DNA of 64,000 nucleotides, from the NCBI RefSeq assembly GCF_006345805.1, contig NC_042998.1, positions 70,184,001-70,248,000 on the forward strand. Reading direction: 5' to 3'. This document shows, piece by piece, positions 25,414 to 38,568 of the stretch. The position numbers and the translations under genes are program-made. The notes under the pieces are model-generated. The model searched no databases. It was not told where the DNA came from and worked only from the letters and a program-made list of their open reading frames with translations. The number at the start of each line of letters is the position of its first letter. Position 1 is the stretch's first letter. The DNA is from Octopus sinensis. Taxonomy: Eukaryota.

Positions 25414-26172
25414 GGTGGTACAAAAAAGGGACAACAAAACATATATGGGTACAGGACGTCACAAAACGTAAACAACATGAAATATGAGGGTAAACTTGGG
25501 TATGCGAACAGCGAGAGAATCAAATGGAAAACAAGACAAGTAACATAAAGAATGACCTTTCATTAGTTGTCGGCTCCCCCACCTCTATTTGACAACTAGT
25601 GTTGATTTGCTTATGTCCCTGTAACTTAGCAGTTTGGCAAAAGAGACTGATAGAATAAGTATCAGGTTTGAAAAATAAGTACAGGGGTTGACTTGTTTGA
25701 CTAAACCCTTCATGTTTACAGTCCAATGACTGCCTCAGTATGATCATAGTCCAATGACTGCCCCAGCATGGTCACAGTCCAGTGACTGAAATGGGTAAAA
25801 GATAAGAGATATATGTGCGTATATGTCTGTGCATGTAAAAAATAAGTGAGCATGCACACTCATAATATATTAAAATGCCACCAAAGTTTCAAAGAGTTTA
25901 TAAAGGGCTTTGGATTCACAAACACTATCCCTGGCTCCAAGATCACTTTATAAGAGAATGTACTTTAATCAGTTCCACCCCTACTACTGTATCAGAGGTA
26001 ACATTCTGAGAGTATGAAATTTCCCCAATGCCACCCCGACTGATTCTGAGATCAGCCTATCAAAGATAACGTTTCCAAAGTATGTTACATGTATTCTATG
26101 AAGCAGAGTCTAATCAAGAAAACGCGATGGAATGCTTGAAGTGGAATTGAACCCATGATATATATATATATG

Positions 26173-26850
26173 TCATCCTCATCATCATCATCCTTTAACG
26201 TCTGTTTTCCATGGTAGCATGGGTTGGACCGTTTGACCAGGTCTGGGAAGCCAGGAGGCTGCACCAGGCTCCAGTCTGATCTGGCAATGTTTCTACAGCT
26301 GGATGCCCTTCCTAACGCCAACCACTCCGTGAGTGTAGAGGGTGCTTTTTACGTGCCACTAGCACAGGTGCCAGATGAGGCTGGCAATGGTCATGATCGG
26401 TTGATGCTTTTTATGTGCCACTGGCACGGAAGCCAGTCAAGGTGGCGCTGGCATTGGTCACGTTCAGATGGTGCTTTTTACCTGCCACCGGCACAGGTTT
26501 CCAACTACAATTTCCATTTGATTTTTATTTGATATTGCTGTACTTGACTCAATAGGTCTCCTCAAGCACAGCAGGTTGCCCTACAATCCAAGGTACTTAG
26601 GATGGGCTGGGGCTGCTATGTGAAGCTGGTGCAGGAGACAGCCATGAACTCACGTTATTTGTCGGGTCTTCGCAGTCACAGCATATCTCCAGAGATCTCG
26701 GTCTTTTGTCATTCCCTCTGTGAGGCCCAACATTCGAAGGTCATTCTTGACCACTTCATCCCATGTCTTCCTGGGTCTACCTCTACCCCGGGTTCCTTCG
26801 ACTGTTTGGGAGTGGCACTTCTTCACACATCTCTCCTCATCCATCCGTTC
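26173..26850 (-). pseudogene. RTE-clade LINE 3' fragment (ORF C-terminus, 3' UTR, (GAT)n tail)
   Basis: ORF 26650-26844 contains VEGTRGRGRPRKTWDEVVKNDL...DRDLWR, typical of RTE RT C-termini. Tail (GAT)n. Confidence 0.88.
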
Positions 26851-26946
26851 TTATGTCCATATATATATATATATATATATTATCATATACACACACACAC
26901 ATATATATATACATATATATATGCATACATACATATATATATAATG

Positions 26947-27265
26947 AAGGCATGTGGCTTAGGACATTCAGCTCACAGTCATAAGGGTGTGAGTTCAATT
27001 CCTGACTATGCATTGTATCCTTAAGCAAAACACTTTATTTCATGTTGCTCCAGTCCACTTAGCAGGCAAAATATGAGTAGTACCTGTATTTCAAAGGGGC
27101 CAGCCTTATCACATTCTGTGTCATGCTGAATCTCCCTGAGCACTACGTTAAGGGTACATGTGTTTGTGCAGTGCTCAGCCACTCGCACATTAATTTTATG
27201 AGCAGACTGTTCCATTGATCAAATCAACAGGAATCCTTGTTGTAACTGACAGAGTGCTGTGCCAC
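26947..27265 (+). mobile_element. SINE family D (tRNA head, CORE-like box shared with family C)
   Basis: GAGTTCAATTCCTG...TCCTTAAGCAAAACACTTTATTTC. Copies at ~36218-36533 (+) and ~59115-59424 (-). Confidence 0.75.
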
Positions 27266-27340
27266 TTGCATATATATATATATGAGAATTACAACTCCTG
27301 TTACATACTCATACACAATTATAAATTCAACGCAAAATGC

Positions 27341-27377
<37 letters not shown>

Positions 27378-27378
<1 letters not shown>

Positions 27379-27575
27379 TCTTTACTTGTTTCAGTCATTT
27401 GACTGATGCCATGCTGGAGCACCACCTTTAGTTGAGCAAATTGACCCCGGGACTTATTCTTTGTAAGCCCAGTACTTATTCTATTGGTCTCTTTTGCTGA
27501 ACTGCTAGGTGACGGGTTGTAAGCACACTAGCATCGGTTGTCAAGCGATGTTGGGGGACAAACACAGGCACACAA

Positions 27576-27624
<49 letters not shown>

Positions 27625-27784
27625 TACGACGGGCTTCTTTCAGTTTCCATCTACCAAATCCACCCACAAGACTTTGGTCGGCCCGATGCTATAGTAGAAG
27701 ACACTTGCCCAAGGTGCCACGCAGTGGGACTGAACCCAGAACCATGTGGTTGGTAAGCAAGCTACTTACCACACAGCCACTCCT
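27378..27784 (-). mobile_element. SINE family A, full-length monomer
   Basis: Head, (TA)n(TG)n spacer and tail. This is the monomeric equivalent of the 9922-12288 array. Confidence 0.9.
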
Positions 27785-27913
27785 ATATATACACACATAT
27801 ATGTATCAGTACATATTGACATACATGAATATTTTTAAAAATATAATTATACATAAGTAATCACAAAAATATATGTAAATAGAATCCATGTGCGATATAT
27901 AAGGCAAAGAGAA

Positions 27914-28783
27914 CTGGGTGCAATGGGTAAATTGTTGCCATTTAATACTTTTAATTTCGCGCATTGTTTGTTTCTGATTTTGTCAACTGCACAGTATAGT
28001 AAGGTCAGTTGGGCACCATCTGTGAGAAAAACAGCACCATGATGCAATTCTTTCTGCCAGAAATTTGGAAACAACATGCTGTACTGCTTGGCATTTGAGC
28101 CAGAAGTTCCAATATGAACATTTCAGAGTGTTTGGGTGCCAATCTAAGGACATTGTGCAATCTGAGGACATGCACCGAGAGTGATAAAAATCAAACATCC
28201 AGTAAATATCATGGTGTTTGGAGTGATCACTAGTGATGGCGATGTTATGCTTCCATTCATCTTCCCACACGGCCTCAGATTCAACATGGAGGCTTACATC
28301 AGGTGCCTGGAGGAGGTAGTGCTGCCCTGGGTCAAGAGGGTGGCTAATGGAAGACTCTATGTTTGACAACAGAACTCTGCATCATGCCTCAGAAACAGGA
28401 GAACTCAGTCATGGCTGTCAAACAATTTCTGCGACCACATCACTCCTAACATTTGGCTCCCCAGATAATTTCCCTGACTGTAATCCCCTTTGTTATTATG
28501 TGTGGGGCACAGTTGAGCGAGAGACCAACAAAACTCCTTGTGAAACCAAAGATGAACTGAAGGCAAAGATTATGGCAGCATTCATCAACTTAAACAAAGA
28601 GACTGTCCAGAAGAGTTGCAGGAGATTCTGAAGTCGTCTGAGGCCATGGTTGATGCCAATGGCAATTTTATTGATTAGTATTTCATGATATTTTTATGTA
28701 ATTTTGGTAAATATATCTGATAAATGAGATGTTAGTGTTTTTACGTTTTTGTGTAATTTACACAAAAGTTTATTCACCGCACC

Positions 28784-28786
<3 letters not shown>
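27914..28786 (+). mobile_element. Internally deleted Tc1/mariner DD37D (maT-like) transposon relic
   Basis: Decayed catalytic region IMVFGVITSDG...YV*QQ(N)SASC...WLP..DCNPL(C)YYVWG at ~28181-28675. Degenerate TIRs CTGGGTGCAATGGGTAAA / TTTATTCACCGCACCCTG followed by TA. DD37D spacing is inferred by restoring the decayed Asp residues across a frameshift. Confidence 0.8.
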
Positions 28787-28828
<42 letters not shown>

Positions 28829-28889
28829 AATGTAGTATAGGACTTTTTTTACTAGACTACTTGGCCTTCATGGACATACATATACACAT

Positions 28890-29060
28890 TGCTAGAAACA
28901 GTAGCCAAATTTCTCCCAAGTCACAGCCTATCAGGCAGTGAAGGATATATTAGATAATGTCGTCCTAGATACCACCTAAACGATGGGATGGTTGCCACTG
29001 GAATTGTTTTGATTATATGTTTGCTCCTTAAAGGGTCTGACCTGGGGCTAAACAACAATG
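28890..29060 (+). mobile_element. Interspersed repeat family E (old SINE or LINE 3' end)
   Basis: TAGAAA..GTAGCCAAAT...GATAATGT.GTC...GGGATGGT...CTGACCTGGGGCTAAACAACAA. Related pieces at ~8790-8960, 49295-49510 (-), 58340-58530, 60085-60230, 60520-60690 and 62680-62850 (-). Confidence 0.55.
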
Positions 29061-29282
29061 ACACACAAACCTACACACACCCAAATGTCTTGTTTATAAC
29101 TTCATACATTTCCTCCACACTCTTACTCTGCCACTAACATAACCACCACCACCACCAACACAATACTTCCCTCTGTACATAGTTGTGATGTTTCTTAGGA
29201 AGTGCCCCCTACTCTCCACTTGCTCACTCCTTACCTGAAGCCAATTAAGTTTAAGTCAAGTCATTAAGAAAACATATACATA

Positions 29283-29313
<31 letters not shown>

Positions 29314-29750
29314 CATACATACAGACATATATATGTGTGTGTATATATATAGATATGATTAAACAGTCATTCTCAGCATGTGATATCAAAGTATCTCTCT
29401 CTCTGTCTCTTTTTTGTATATAGACAATTATATATTTTACATGCAGGTTGCTCTGTGGGATGTAGACACACACATATACAAACACTGTGGCACACACAGA
29501 CACCCACTCCCTTCAATTGCTATCAACTGGAAATCACAGCTATAGAACCTATATATATATGTTTGTCACAATTTTACGTGTTTTAACTATTTTCCAAGTT
29601 TGTTTCGCTCTTCTAACATTCTTCGAATAATGTAGTCCATGGTACATTATGCCTAAGAAGAAAATAGGATTGTTTTGATCAGAATTACATACCAGCCACA
29701 ACAGCAATCAGGCTAGCATGGAATGTGGATGTTAAACAATGCTGCTGCTG

Positions 29751-29781
<31 letters not shown>

Positions 29782-29796
29782 TATGAATTATATATA

Positions 29797-30203
29797 GACA
29801 CAGGCATGGCTGTGTGGTAAAAAGTTTGCTTCCCAACTGCATGGTTGTGGGTTCAGTCCCACTGCGTGGCACCTTGGGCTAGTATCTTCTACTATATCCT
29901 CAGGCTGACCAAAGCCTTGTGAGTGGATTTGGTAGATGGAAACTGAAATGAAGCCCGTTGTGTGTATATATATATGTATATGTTTGTGTGTCAGTGTTTG
30001 ACCCCCCCCCCACATTGCTTGACAAATGATGTTGGTGTGTTTATGTCTCCGTAACTTAGCAGTTTGGCAAAAAGAACTAATAGAATAAGTACTAGGGTTA
30101 CAAAGAATAAGCCCTGGGGTCGCTTTGTTCGACTAAAGGTGGTGCTCCAGCATGCCTGCTGTCAAATGACTGAAACAAGTGAAAGAACGAAAGAATAAAA
30201 AGA
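29797..30203 (+). mobile_element. SINE family A, full length, abutting a SINE-C (-) at 30204-30447
   Basis: Head, spacer and tail as at 27378-27784. Confidence 0.88.
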
Positions 30204-31189
30204 GTAAAGATCCCCTTTGGTCATGAATGACCATGGGACTGCACCTAGGAAGTTCCCCCTCTGAGGCACAAGTCCAAACAAGGCTGTTTATACCAGCCTC
30301 CCCTCTCCATGCCACCGATGTTATCCAAGGGAAAGGCAAAGGCCAATACAGTTTGGCACCAGTGACGTCGCAACTCATTTCTACAGCTGAGTGAACTGGA
30401 GCAATGTGAAATAAAGTGTCTTGCTCAAGAACACAACAGACAGCCCGTATCATCATCATAATCGTTTAACCAGTATATGTGACTCTGTGTGAATGCATGT
30501 ATGTATGTGTGTGTGTGTGGGTGTATATATACATACGTGCACACACACTCTTCTTGTGTTTGCCAGCCAGCATCTCCCAGTAAAAGAGTCACCTGTCCTC
30601 CTCCTCCTCTTTTCATCTCCTCCCTCCTCTCCACAACTGCCGGCTGCCAGTCTGTCTGCATGTGCTTACACTCAGACATCTCTCCTACCTCTCACTCTGC
30701 CCTTCTCTCTCTCTCTCTCTTTCCATTTCTGTCTCTCCCTCACTCTCAAGCATTCTAACTATTTCCTCATGTATGACAGGCAGTCCACAGCTCAGTCAAT
30801 TTCCACCAATAACATTATTTTATTTCCCTGCTTTACACTGTAGGAAGGGTGGTGATGGTGGTATGGAGTAGTGGCGGTGTGAGGTAATAGTGATAGTGGC
30901 GTGGGAGGTAGTGGTAGTGGTGGTGGTGGTGGCGTGGAAGTGGTATTGACTGGAGATGGAAATATTGGTGTTAAGTACAAAGGTATATATATATATATAT
31001 GTATATATATGCATATATATATGTGTATATATATGTGTATATATATATGTATATATATGTATATGTGTATATATATATCTATACAAATACATTATTTGCT
31101 GTTGATTTTGATGCTAAAGGGTTTACTGAGAGGTGGTGGTGGTGGTGGATCATCGTGGGGTGTAGAGGTGATTGAGTAAGGGGTGGGGG

Positions 31190-31712
31190 AGGAAGGTGTG
31201 ATGATATTCATGATGATAATGCTGATGATGGTAATTGTGGAGATGAGTGTGTGTGTGTGTGCGCATGAGAGAGATATGTGGGTAGATGTCGGGTATTGGG
31301 TATTGATTGAAGTGCTGTGGCATGTGGATGGTGGTGGGGCGGGGGAATGTCGGAATGAGCAAGTGGGGTGGGGTTGATTTTCGGTTAAGATTGGTTGCAG
31401 TGGTGGAGGTAAAGTAAGCTAGGTGGCTGATGGTGGTGGTGGTGGTGATGTTTATGGTGGTGATGATAATGTTGATAATGATCATGATCACGATGATAGT
31501 GATGATAATGGTTATGATAGTGATGGCGCGGGGGTGGTGGTGATAATGGTTATAATAGTGATTGTGTGGTGATGATGATGATTGTGATGATAATGATCTT
31601 GATGGTGGTGATGGTAAAGGTAGTGATGATGAAGATGATGGTGATGATAATAGTGTGATGATAATGGTCATGATGATGATGGGGGTGGTGGTGATGGTGA
31701 TCGTAAAAATAG

Positions 31713-31746
<34 letters not shown>

Positions 31747-31975
31747 AATGGTCATGATGGTGAAGAGGGGATGATGGTGATGGGAAAGATGGTGATGGTG
31801 ATAACAATTTTGATGGTGATGATGATAGAGATGATAATAGCCATGATAGTGATGGGGGTAACAGTGATGTTGCTGATGATGATGATAGTCATGGTGGGGA
31901 TGATAACAATGATGATGATGGTGATGGGAAGGGTAGTGGTGTGATGGTGCTTATGATGATGGGGACGACGAGGGT
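31190..31975. repeat. (GAT)n/(GGT)n low-complexity tract
   Basis: Seen directly. Explains the poly-D/M/I/H ORFs. Confidence 0.9.
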
Positions 31976-32319
31976 GGTAATGAGATAGTATTGGATGGTG
32001 CAGTTCCAGATGATAGTGAAGCTTAAATATTGCATCATAATCCTTTGATATATCATCCCCCCTCCCTCCCGACCCCCACCCTCCACTTACCCTGCCATCT
32101 TGATCTGTCTGTCTGTGTGTTCTTTTCTCTTTCCTGTCTACGCTTTCCTACCTTTCTATCTTCATATTCTTCAGATCTTCTATTTATTCAAACATTCTCA
32201 ACCCCTCCTCCTCCTCCACCTCCTACCACCTCCTACCCCTCCTCTTATTCACCCTTGTTCACCTCCCTCCTTCCCTCCTCTTCTGCGTATGCCTAGCTTG
32301 ATGATCTTTGGGTATACAT

Positions 32320-32380
<61 letters not shown>

Positions 32381-32984
32381 TATATGTTTGTGTGTCTGTG
32401 TTTGTCCCCCCATCGTTGCTTGTCAACCAATGTTGGTATGTTTACGTCCCCGTAACTTAGCATTTCAGCAAAAGACACCGATAGAATAAGTACTAGTCTT
32501 AGAAAGAATAAGTCCAGGTGCTCCAGCATGGCCGCAGTCAAATGACTGAGTAAAAGAGTATGTGTGTGTGTGTGAGTGAGTGAGGCAGTGAGGAATGAAC
32601 TGGGTGTGGACTATTTCAGTCCTCACTAACTGACTGAGCTGAAACATACCAGTTTAAGGGATGAAATGGTTCTGACTTTCAAATACCCGCTGGCAATAGA
32701 GAAGGGGTTCAAGCATTGCAATGGATTTAGAAGAGCTTACAAAACCTCTGAGTTGCTCCTGCAATTTTTGCATGAGGTAAGCCACCTATTATGTTTATTT
32801 TACTGAGCTACCATACATATATTTATCAGATTGGAACCTGGTACAGATCTGCTTACCAGTTACAGTCAAACTATTTAACCCGTGCTAGCATGAAAAATGG
32901 ATGCTAAATGATATATATATATACTGCCTTCTCAGCTTTTTTTGTGTTTCTTATTCGATTTCTTTAGTTTGTTATATGTGGTTT

Positions 32985-33037
32985 GCACCTGAAGAATATG
33001 TTTGAGTTCCCTCAACATATGAAACTGTTAGTAGCGC
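32985..33037 (+). ncRNA. Type I hammerhead ribozyme motif (Penelope-type), probably decayed
   Basis: CTGAAGA (32989-32995), stem II ATATGT(T)TGAG/CTCAACATAT, GAAA, stem III ACT-gtt-AGT, A (GUA cleavage triplet). Stem I GCAC/GCGC pairs 3/4. AATAAA lies downstream. Confidence 0.6.
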
Positions 33038-33839
33038 TTTAATATATGTATTGTGACTTTTAAATAAATAATATTTATCTCTCACCAGCAAATTTTTAAT
33101 TGATTAATGAAGACATTACATCATTAGAAAAAAACCATTTACATCAGGTGAAAACATGAGTGTAGTAATGAGATAGTATTGGATGATGCAGTTCCATGTC
33201 ATAGTGAAGCTTAAATATTGCATCACAATCCTGATTTACTTGGATCCTGATCTATTATACACATACATACATACACACACACATATATTGGCATATGATG
33301 CAGTCCTTTGGCCTGCCAGATCCTGTCAAATCATCCAACCCATGACTGTTTGAAAGACATGTTAAAAGATGATAATGATGTTGGTAATGATGATGATGCC
33401 AGTGGATAAAAACATCAGAAAAATTACATCAAACTACACTCACCAGATTGGACTTTTTGAGTGAGTGGAATAAATTAAAGAGTATTACTGCTATTGCTAA
33501 TGATGGTGATGGTAGTAGTTTTAATTAGTATTCATGTTATTTTGCCGTTATACACTATTGATATCGTAACTGGTTTAATTACTCTATTGGACCACACCAT
33601 AGGCTCCAAGAAAAGTACTCTTGTATCTTCTGTGTAAAGTCCTTCCATGCTATTCATAATTGTTTTTATGTTTTATTGGTGACTTTCTAGATAATCGATG
33701 CTGATCAAAATAAACAAATTTTCTGCAATACTTGAATCAGCAAGAATCTTTCAGGAAGTCCTTTATATGAAGCAAGGACAGATATGAACAGCATGGAAGG
33801 ACCTCAGTAGAAGAAATGACAAGACAGCTTCTTATATAT

Positions 33840-34135
33840 GTAGTACACTGTGTTATCTACATACAGCTATGTAGACTGGATTGTTGACAGTAAAATGTCT
33901 TTGTCACAGACAAGGGCAGTAAAATATACCACACTGTGGAGCCTACTTGCAGTTTGGTTGACTCTACTGTTGTAAATAAAGTGTCTTAGTCATGGACACA
34001 GTCCAGTAAAGAGTACCAAACTGTGGAATCTAATTACCTTTTGGTTGACTTGACTGTTGACAGTAAAGTGTCTTTGTTGTGAAAACAGCATAGTAAAGTA
34101 CGCCATACTGTGAAACATACTTACAGCTATGTAGA
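33840..34135. repeat. Degenerate tandem repeat (GTAAAGTGTCTT...CAGTAAAGTACACCA.ACTGTGGA...TTGGTTGACT)
   Basis: About three diverged ~85-90-bp units. Confidence 0.55.
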
Positions 34136-34569
34136 TTGGGTTCTTATAAACTATCAAACCCTTTGGTTAACCATCCGGGTTTGCCTAATCAAAGTTGGGC
34201 TGGGGTGAAACAACAACAAGGTCTGTTGCACCCAACTATCATGCTATCTGAAAATATGGAATATAAAGCTGTGTTTTATTTTTTATCCCTGGGGGTCAGG
34301 TTAGAGTCGGGTTTGGCAAGTGGTGGGGAAGAAAGGAGTCACCTTAACATTGAGGTCTCCTAAACAGATGTTTTATAAAGATAAGACCAGGAGAGATTCT
34401 GTGTGTGTATGAGTTTCTCCTGGTGACTTTATGGCACATATGTATGAATGTGTGTGTAAACATACATGACTTTCTATATATAGATGTGTATACACATGTG
34501 ACACATACTAGCAATGTGTATATGTGTGTGTTGATATGACAGCTGTATATGATTATGTATGTGTGTGTG

Positions 34570-34601
<32 letters not shown>

Positions 34602-34773
34602 AATATGTAACTGTAAGACTTCTTACCCCCTTTACAATCTCTGATATTTTTTCAGATAAATCTGTGTGAAGTGACATATTGCACATCTCTGTCTTTCTCA
34701 CTCTCTTTCCCTCTGTTTATATATATATATATGTGTATGTATATATATATGAATATATATATTTATATATATA

Positions 34774-34843
<70 letters not shown>

Positions 34844-35786
34844 TGGAGAGTGAGACTGACACCACGACATCTGGTTTGATAGACATACAAATAGTCAACC
34901 AGATATAGATATGGATATATGTGTTTTTGTTAGCAAATGAAAAAAAAAGAAAAAAGTACTCCATCCATGATATAAAGTATATATATTTATTGGAATCAGT
35001 AGATGATTCATGACATTTTTTTACTCAGAGTTTCTTTGTTTATCAAAGGTTCTTTTAGTCACAAACTACTTCTGTGTATTTGCTGAAGGAAGTGAGTAAT
35101 AACCATCATAATAATGGATAAATATCCACATTTTAGAGTTCATACATGTGTGCTTTATCATCATTTTCGTCAGGTTAGATCCATATAATAAATAGTGGTA
35201 ACAGCCAGGATGGTTACAGACATAATGAAATAATGAAGCTAAGATAATAGCATGAGTGAATAGCATAAAGGTTGGGCAATATGAGGTGTTGATTGTTAAT
35301 AATTGCTAATATAGGATAAAGAGACAGGATGCTTTTTTTGCAGAAAGAGCTTAAGTTGAAATTTTACTACTTAAGTACTTAGACTGAGAACCACTTCAGT
35401 AGGTGTCAGATTTTGGTGGGTCCAGATAATTGTTTTTTAAGTGTCAGGTTATATTTAATTATAACTCAGTAATGACGCTTGCAAGTTGTCTGTGTATTTT
35501 GCTGTGTAATATTTCATTGTTGATGATATTTCTCGTGATTATTTTATTATCTTGACTTCTCAGAAATATGTTAATATCTGTCCTTCTGTAATGACTCAAT
35601 TGATAAGAATCTGAATAAGATTGTATGTGAACTTCAGTCGTTGATGTTAAATGAGTCCAGTATACTGTCATGTTGGTTGGTCAACGTTTCTGAAACATTA
35701 CTACTCCAGCAAGAAGAGAAACAGATTTGTCAATCAGTACAAGTCTTAACAACTGTATTTGATGGCATAAAAGATGCATGGTCGTA

Positions 35787-36163
35787 TTCTTTTCTACTCT
35801 AGGCACAAGGCCTAAAATTTGGTGGGAGGGGCCAGTTGATTAGATTGACCCAAGTATGCAACTGGTGCTTAATTTATCGACGCTGAAAAGATGAAAGATG
35901 GAATTTGTACTCAGAACGTAAATCAGATGAAATACCTATTTCTTTATTACCCACAAGAGGCTAAACATAGAGGGGACAAACAAGGACAGACATAGGTATT
36001 AAGTTGATTACATCGATCCCAGTGCGTAACTGGTACTTAATTTATCGACCCCGAAAGGATGAAAGGCAAAGTCGACCTCGGTGGAATTTTAACTCAGAAC
36101 GTAGCGGCAGACGAAATACTGCTAAGCATTTCGCCCGGCGTGCTAACGTTTCTGCCAGCTTGC
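35787..36163 (-). mobile_element. Dimeric SINE-B (head, core, tail 1, fused to a headless core plus tail 2)
   Basis: Two cores in the same orientation, joined at ...AATAAAGAAAT|AGGTATTTC (minus strand). Confidence 0.8.
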
Positions 36164-38452
36164 CATCTTATGCATGGGCATATTAAACACACTCCAATTT
36201 CAGCCACACATATTCAAGAAGACATAGCTTAGTGGTTAGGGTATTCAGCCCATGATTGTAAAATCATGAGTTTAGTTCCTGGTGGTTTGCTGTGTCCTTA
36301 AGCAAGACACTTTATTTCACATTGCTCCAGTTCACTCAGCTGGCAAATATGAGGAGTGCCTGTATTTCAAAGGGCCAGCCTTGCCACATTCTGAGTCACA
36401 CTGAATCTGAGGACTACTTTAAGGGTGCACTTGTCTGTGGAGTGCTCAAGTCACTTGCACATTAATTTCACGAGTTGCTTGTTCTGTTGATCGAATCAAC
36501 TGAAACACTCATTGTCATAACTGACAGGTTGCCGCTTCACAGGAAGAAAATGTTTCAGTGCAGTAAAGTGTGTTATATAGGCCCAACTTTGCTTAGAGGG
36601 CCCAGGGTAATTTTTAGAGACATTTTTTTAAGTCATCAAATATAGCAATTTATACAAATACATACCATTAATCTACTTCTGTTATTTCTCTTAGCACACT
36701 TTATTTCTTCTTAATTATACAAATTGTACTGGCCACAGATTATTCATAATCTTTTTTCTCTGTGTAAAAATCTTTGTCAACTGATTAAACAGAATTGTGT
36801 TGACTATGTTGATGAAGTTTAAAGGCCTGAAACATGTCCACAGTTGTCCCTTGCTTGCAAACAAAGACCAGGCTTTCTCCTAAGCATGTAAATTAGTGTA
36901 AGAGTTAAATTCCTAATTTCTTGAAATTATCTCCCCATTTCTTCAAGAGTCATTAACGAATGTTATTAGGTTTTTGTATTCTTTCTCCAACAAATTGGGA
37001 AATTTCAATTACTGAAGAATTTTTTTTTTTTTTTGCATATGTCATTCTGTTTTTCAGCCCTTCATATATTTATCTCAATTTATGCCATTAGCCCACTTGA
37101 TCTATTTCCTTTAGCCCATTTTTAGTTTTGAGATTCCATTACTCTCTACTTAACAGTTAAGTGGCCAACAATAGGAAGGAGTCTACTGTAGTAGAACCTA
37201 TTAGTCTAGCAAATAAATGACGCCAAGCCATTTGCAAACTGGGGAAAATGGATTTAAATTATAAGAAAGAAACAAATGTTTCACTAATAGAGTTGTCTAC
37301 CTTGTTTTAAGCATAATTATAAAATTCATTATTTTCAATCATTCTCTCAAATTTTAGCATGAGGCCAGAAATTTTAAGGGAGAAGATGTGTCAATTACAT
37401 TGACCCCAGTGTTCAACTGGTACTTATTTTATTATGAAAAGATGAAAGGCAAAGTAGACCTTGGTGGAATTTGAACTCAGAATGTAAAGAGCCAGAAAGA
37501 CGTGCCACTAAGCATTATGTCCAGCATGCTAACAATCTTCACCACTTTACATATTTCTAATTATGAAATATGTGGTTGGCTCTCAGTTTTTGTCATCCTT
37601 TCTTTGGTATTCTGATGTTGATACTATACTGATCTTTCTCTTTCTTACAAATACACTTACACACAATATCCCAGTCCCCTTTCTCTCAAAGAAAGACAAA
37701 GAACAACATGCATGAACACAATTTAACCTGGGACACTAGATTAACTAGGACATTCATTAATGGTGGGGCATATTTGAGATAAAATGTTTAACCAGAGCTA
37801 TAAACATATGCTTGATAAAGATATATTTAGCCTCGCTGTCAAAACAGACACTGTGGTTAAACCACACAGAGACAGATTGGATGATTTAGTATAGAGTTTC
37901 ATTAGAGTGTCATCCATAAGGTTTCTTTTACTTTCTCCTGGTTGCCGAGGGAAAGTAACGAAAAGTAACTAATTTATGAAAAATATAAATGATCAGATGA
38001 GGCCCAGCTTATTTACACAGCTGTGGAAAGTTGCAGCACAATTCAGCTGAATAGTTATGATATTTGGACTATTTACATAGTGTGGTTCTGAGGTTTTCTT
38101 TTCCATCTATGTGGTCTTTGGTTCAGGCTCAATGTGTGGCACCTAGGGCAAGTGTCTTCTACAATAGCCCTGGGCTGACCAAAGCCTTGTGAGTGGATTT
38201 GGTAGACAGAAGCTGAAAGAAGCCTGCCATGTGTTGGTTTCACATTTTGTCACAATGCCAGTAATCTTGGGGGTTGGGTGGAAATCAATTATGTAGACTC
38301 CAGTGTTCAACTGGTACTTATTTTATCGACCCCAAGAGAATGAAAGACAAAATTGTCTTTGGTGGAATTTGAAGTCGACTCCAATATTAGGATCAACTTA
38401 GTGCAAGCATGAAGACACACTGGCAAAACAGTGTTCTAAATGAAAACCTTAC

Positions 38453-38568
38453 CTGTCGTTGTGGTTTTGTAGCATGAATCAAAGCAGCCCCTGCCGTCCA
38501 CTCAAGAAAACGTATAGTAAATGATACACAAGACTCGAGCAAACTGAGTCCACAACTTGTTCTCTCTG
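38453..38568 (-). other. Candidate exon (116 nt)
   Basis: CTTTCAG acceptor and CAG|GTAAGG donor around non-repetitive sequence. One frame is open (ERTSCGLSLLESCVSFTIRFLEWTAGAALIHATKPQRQ). No recognisable homology. Confidence 0.3.

Noticed and set aside
31150-32030. Asp/Gly-rich, biomineralisation-like protein
   Set aside because: The (GAT)n frame is broken by frameshifts and stops, and there are no splice or signal-peptide cues.
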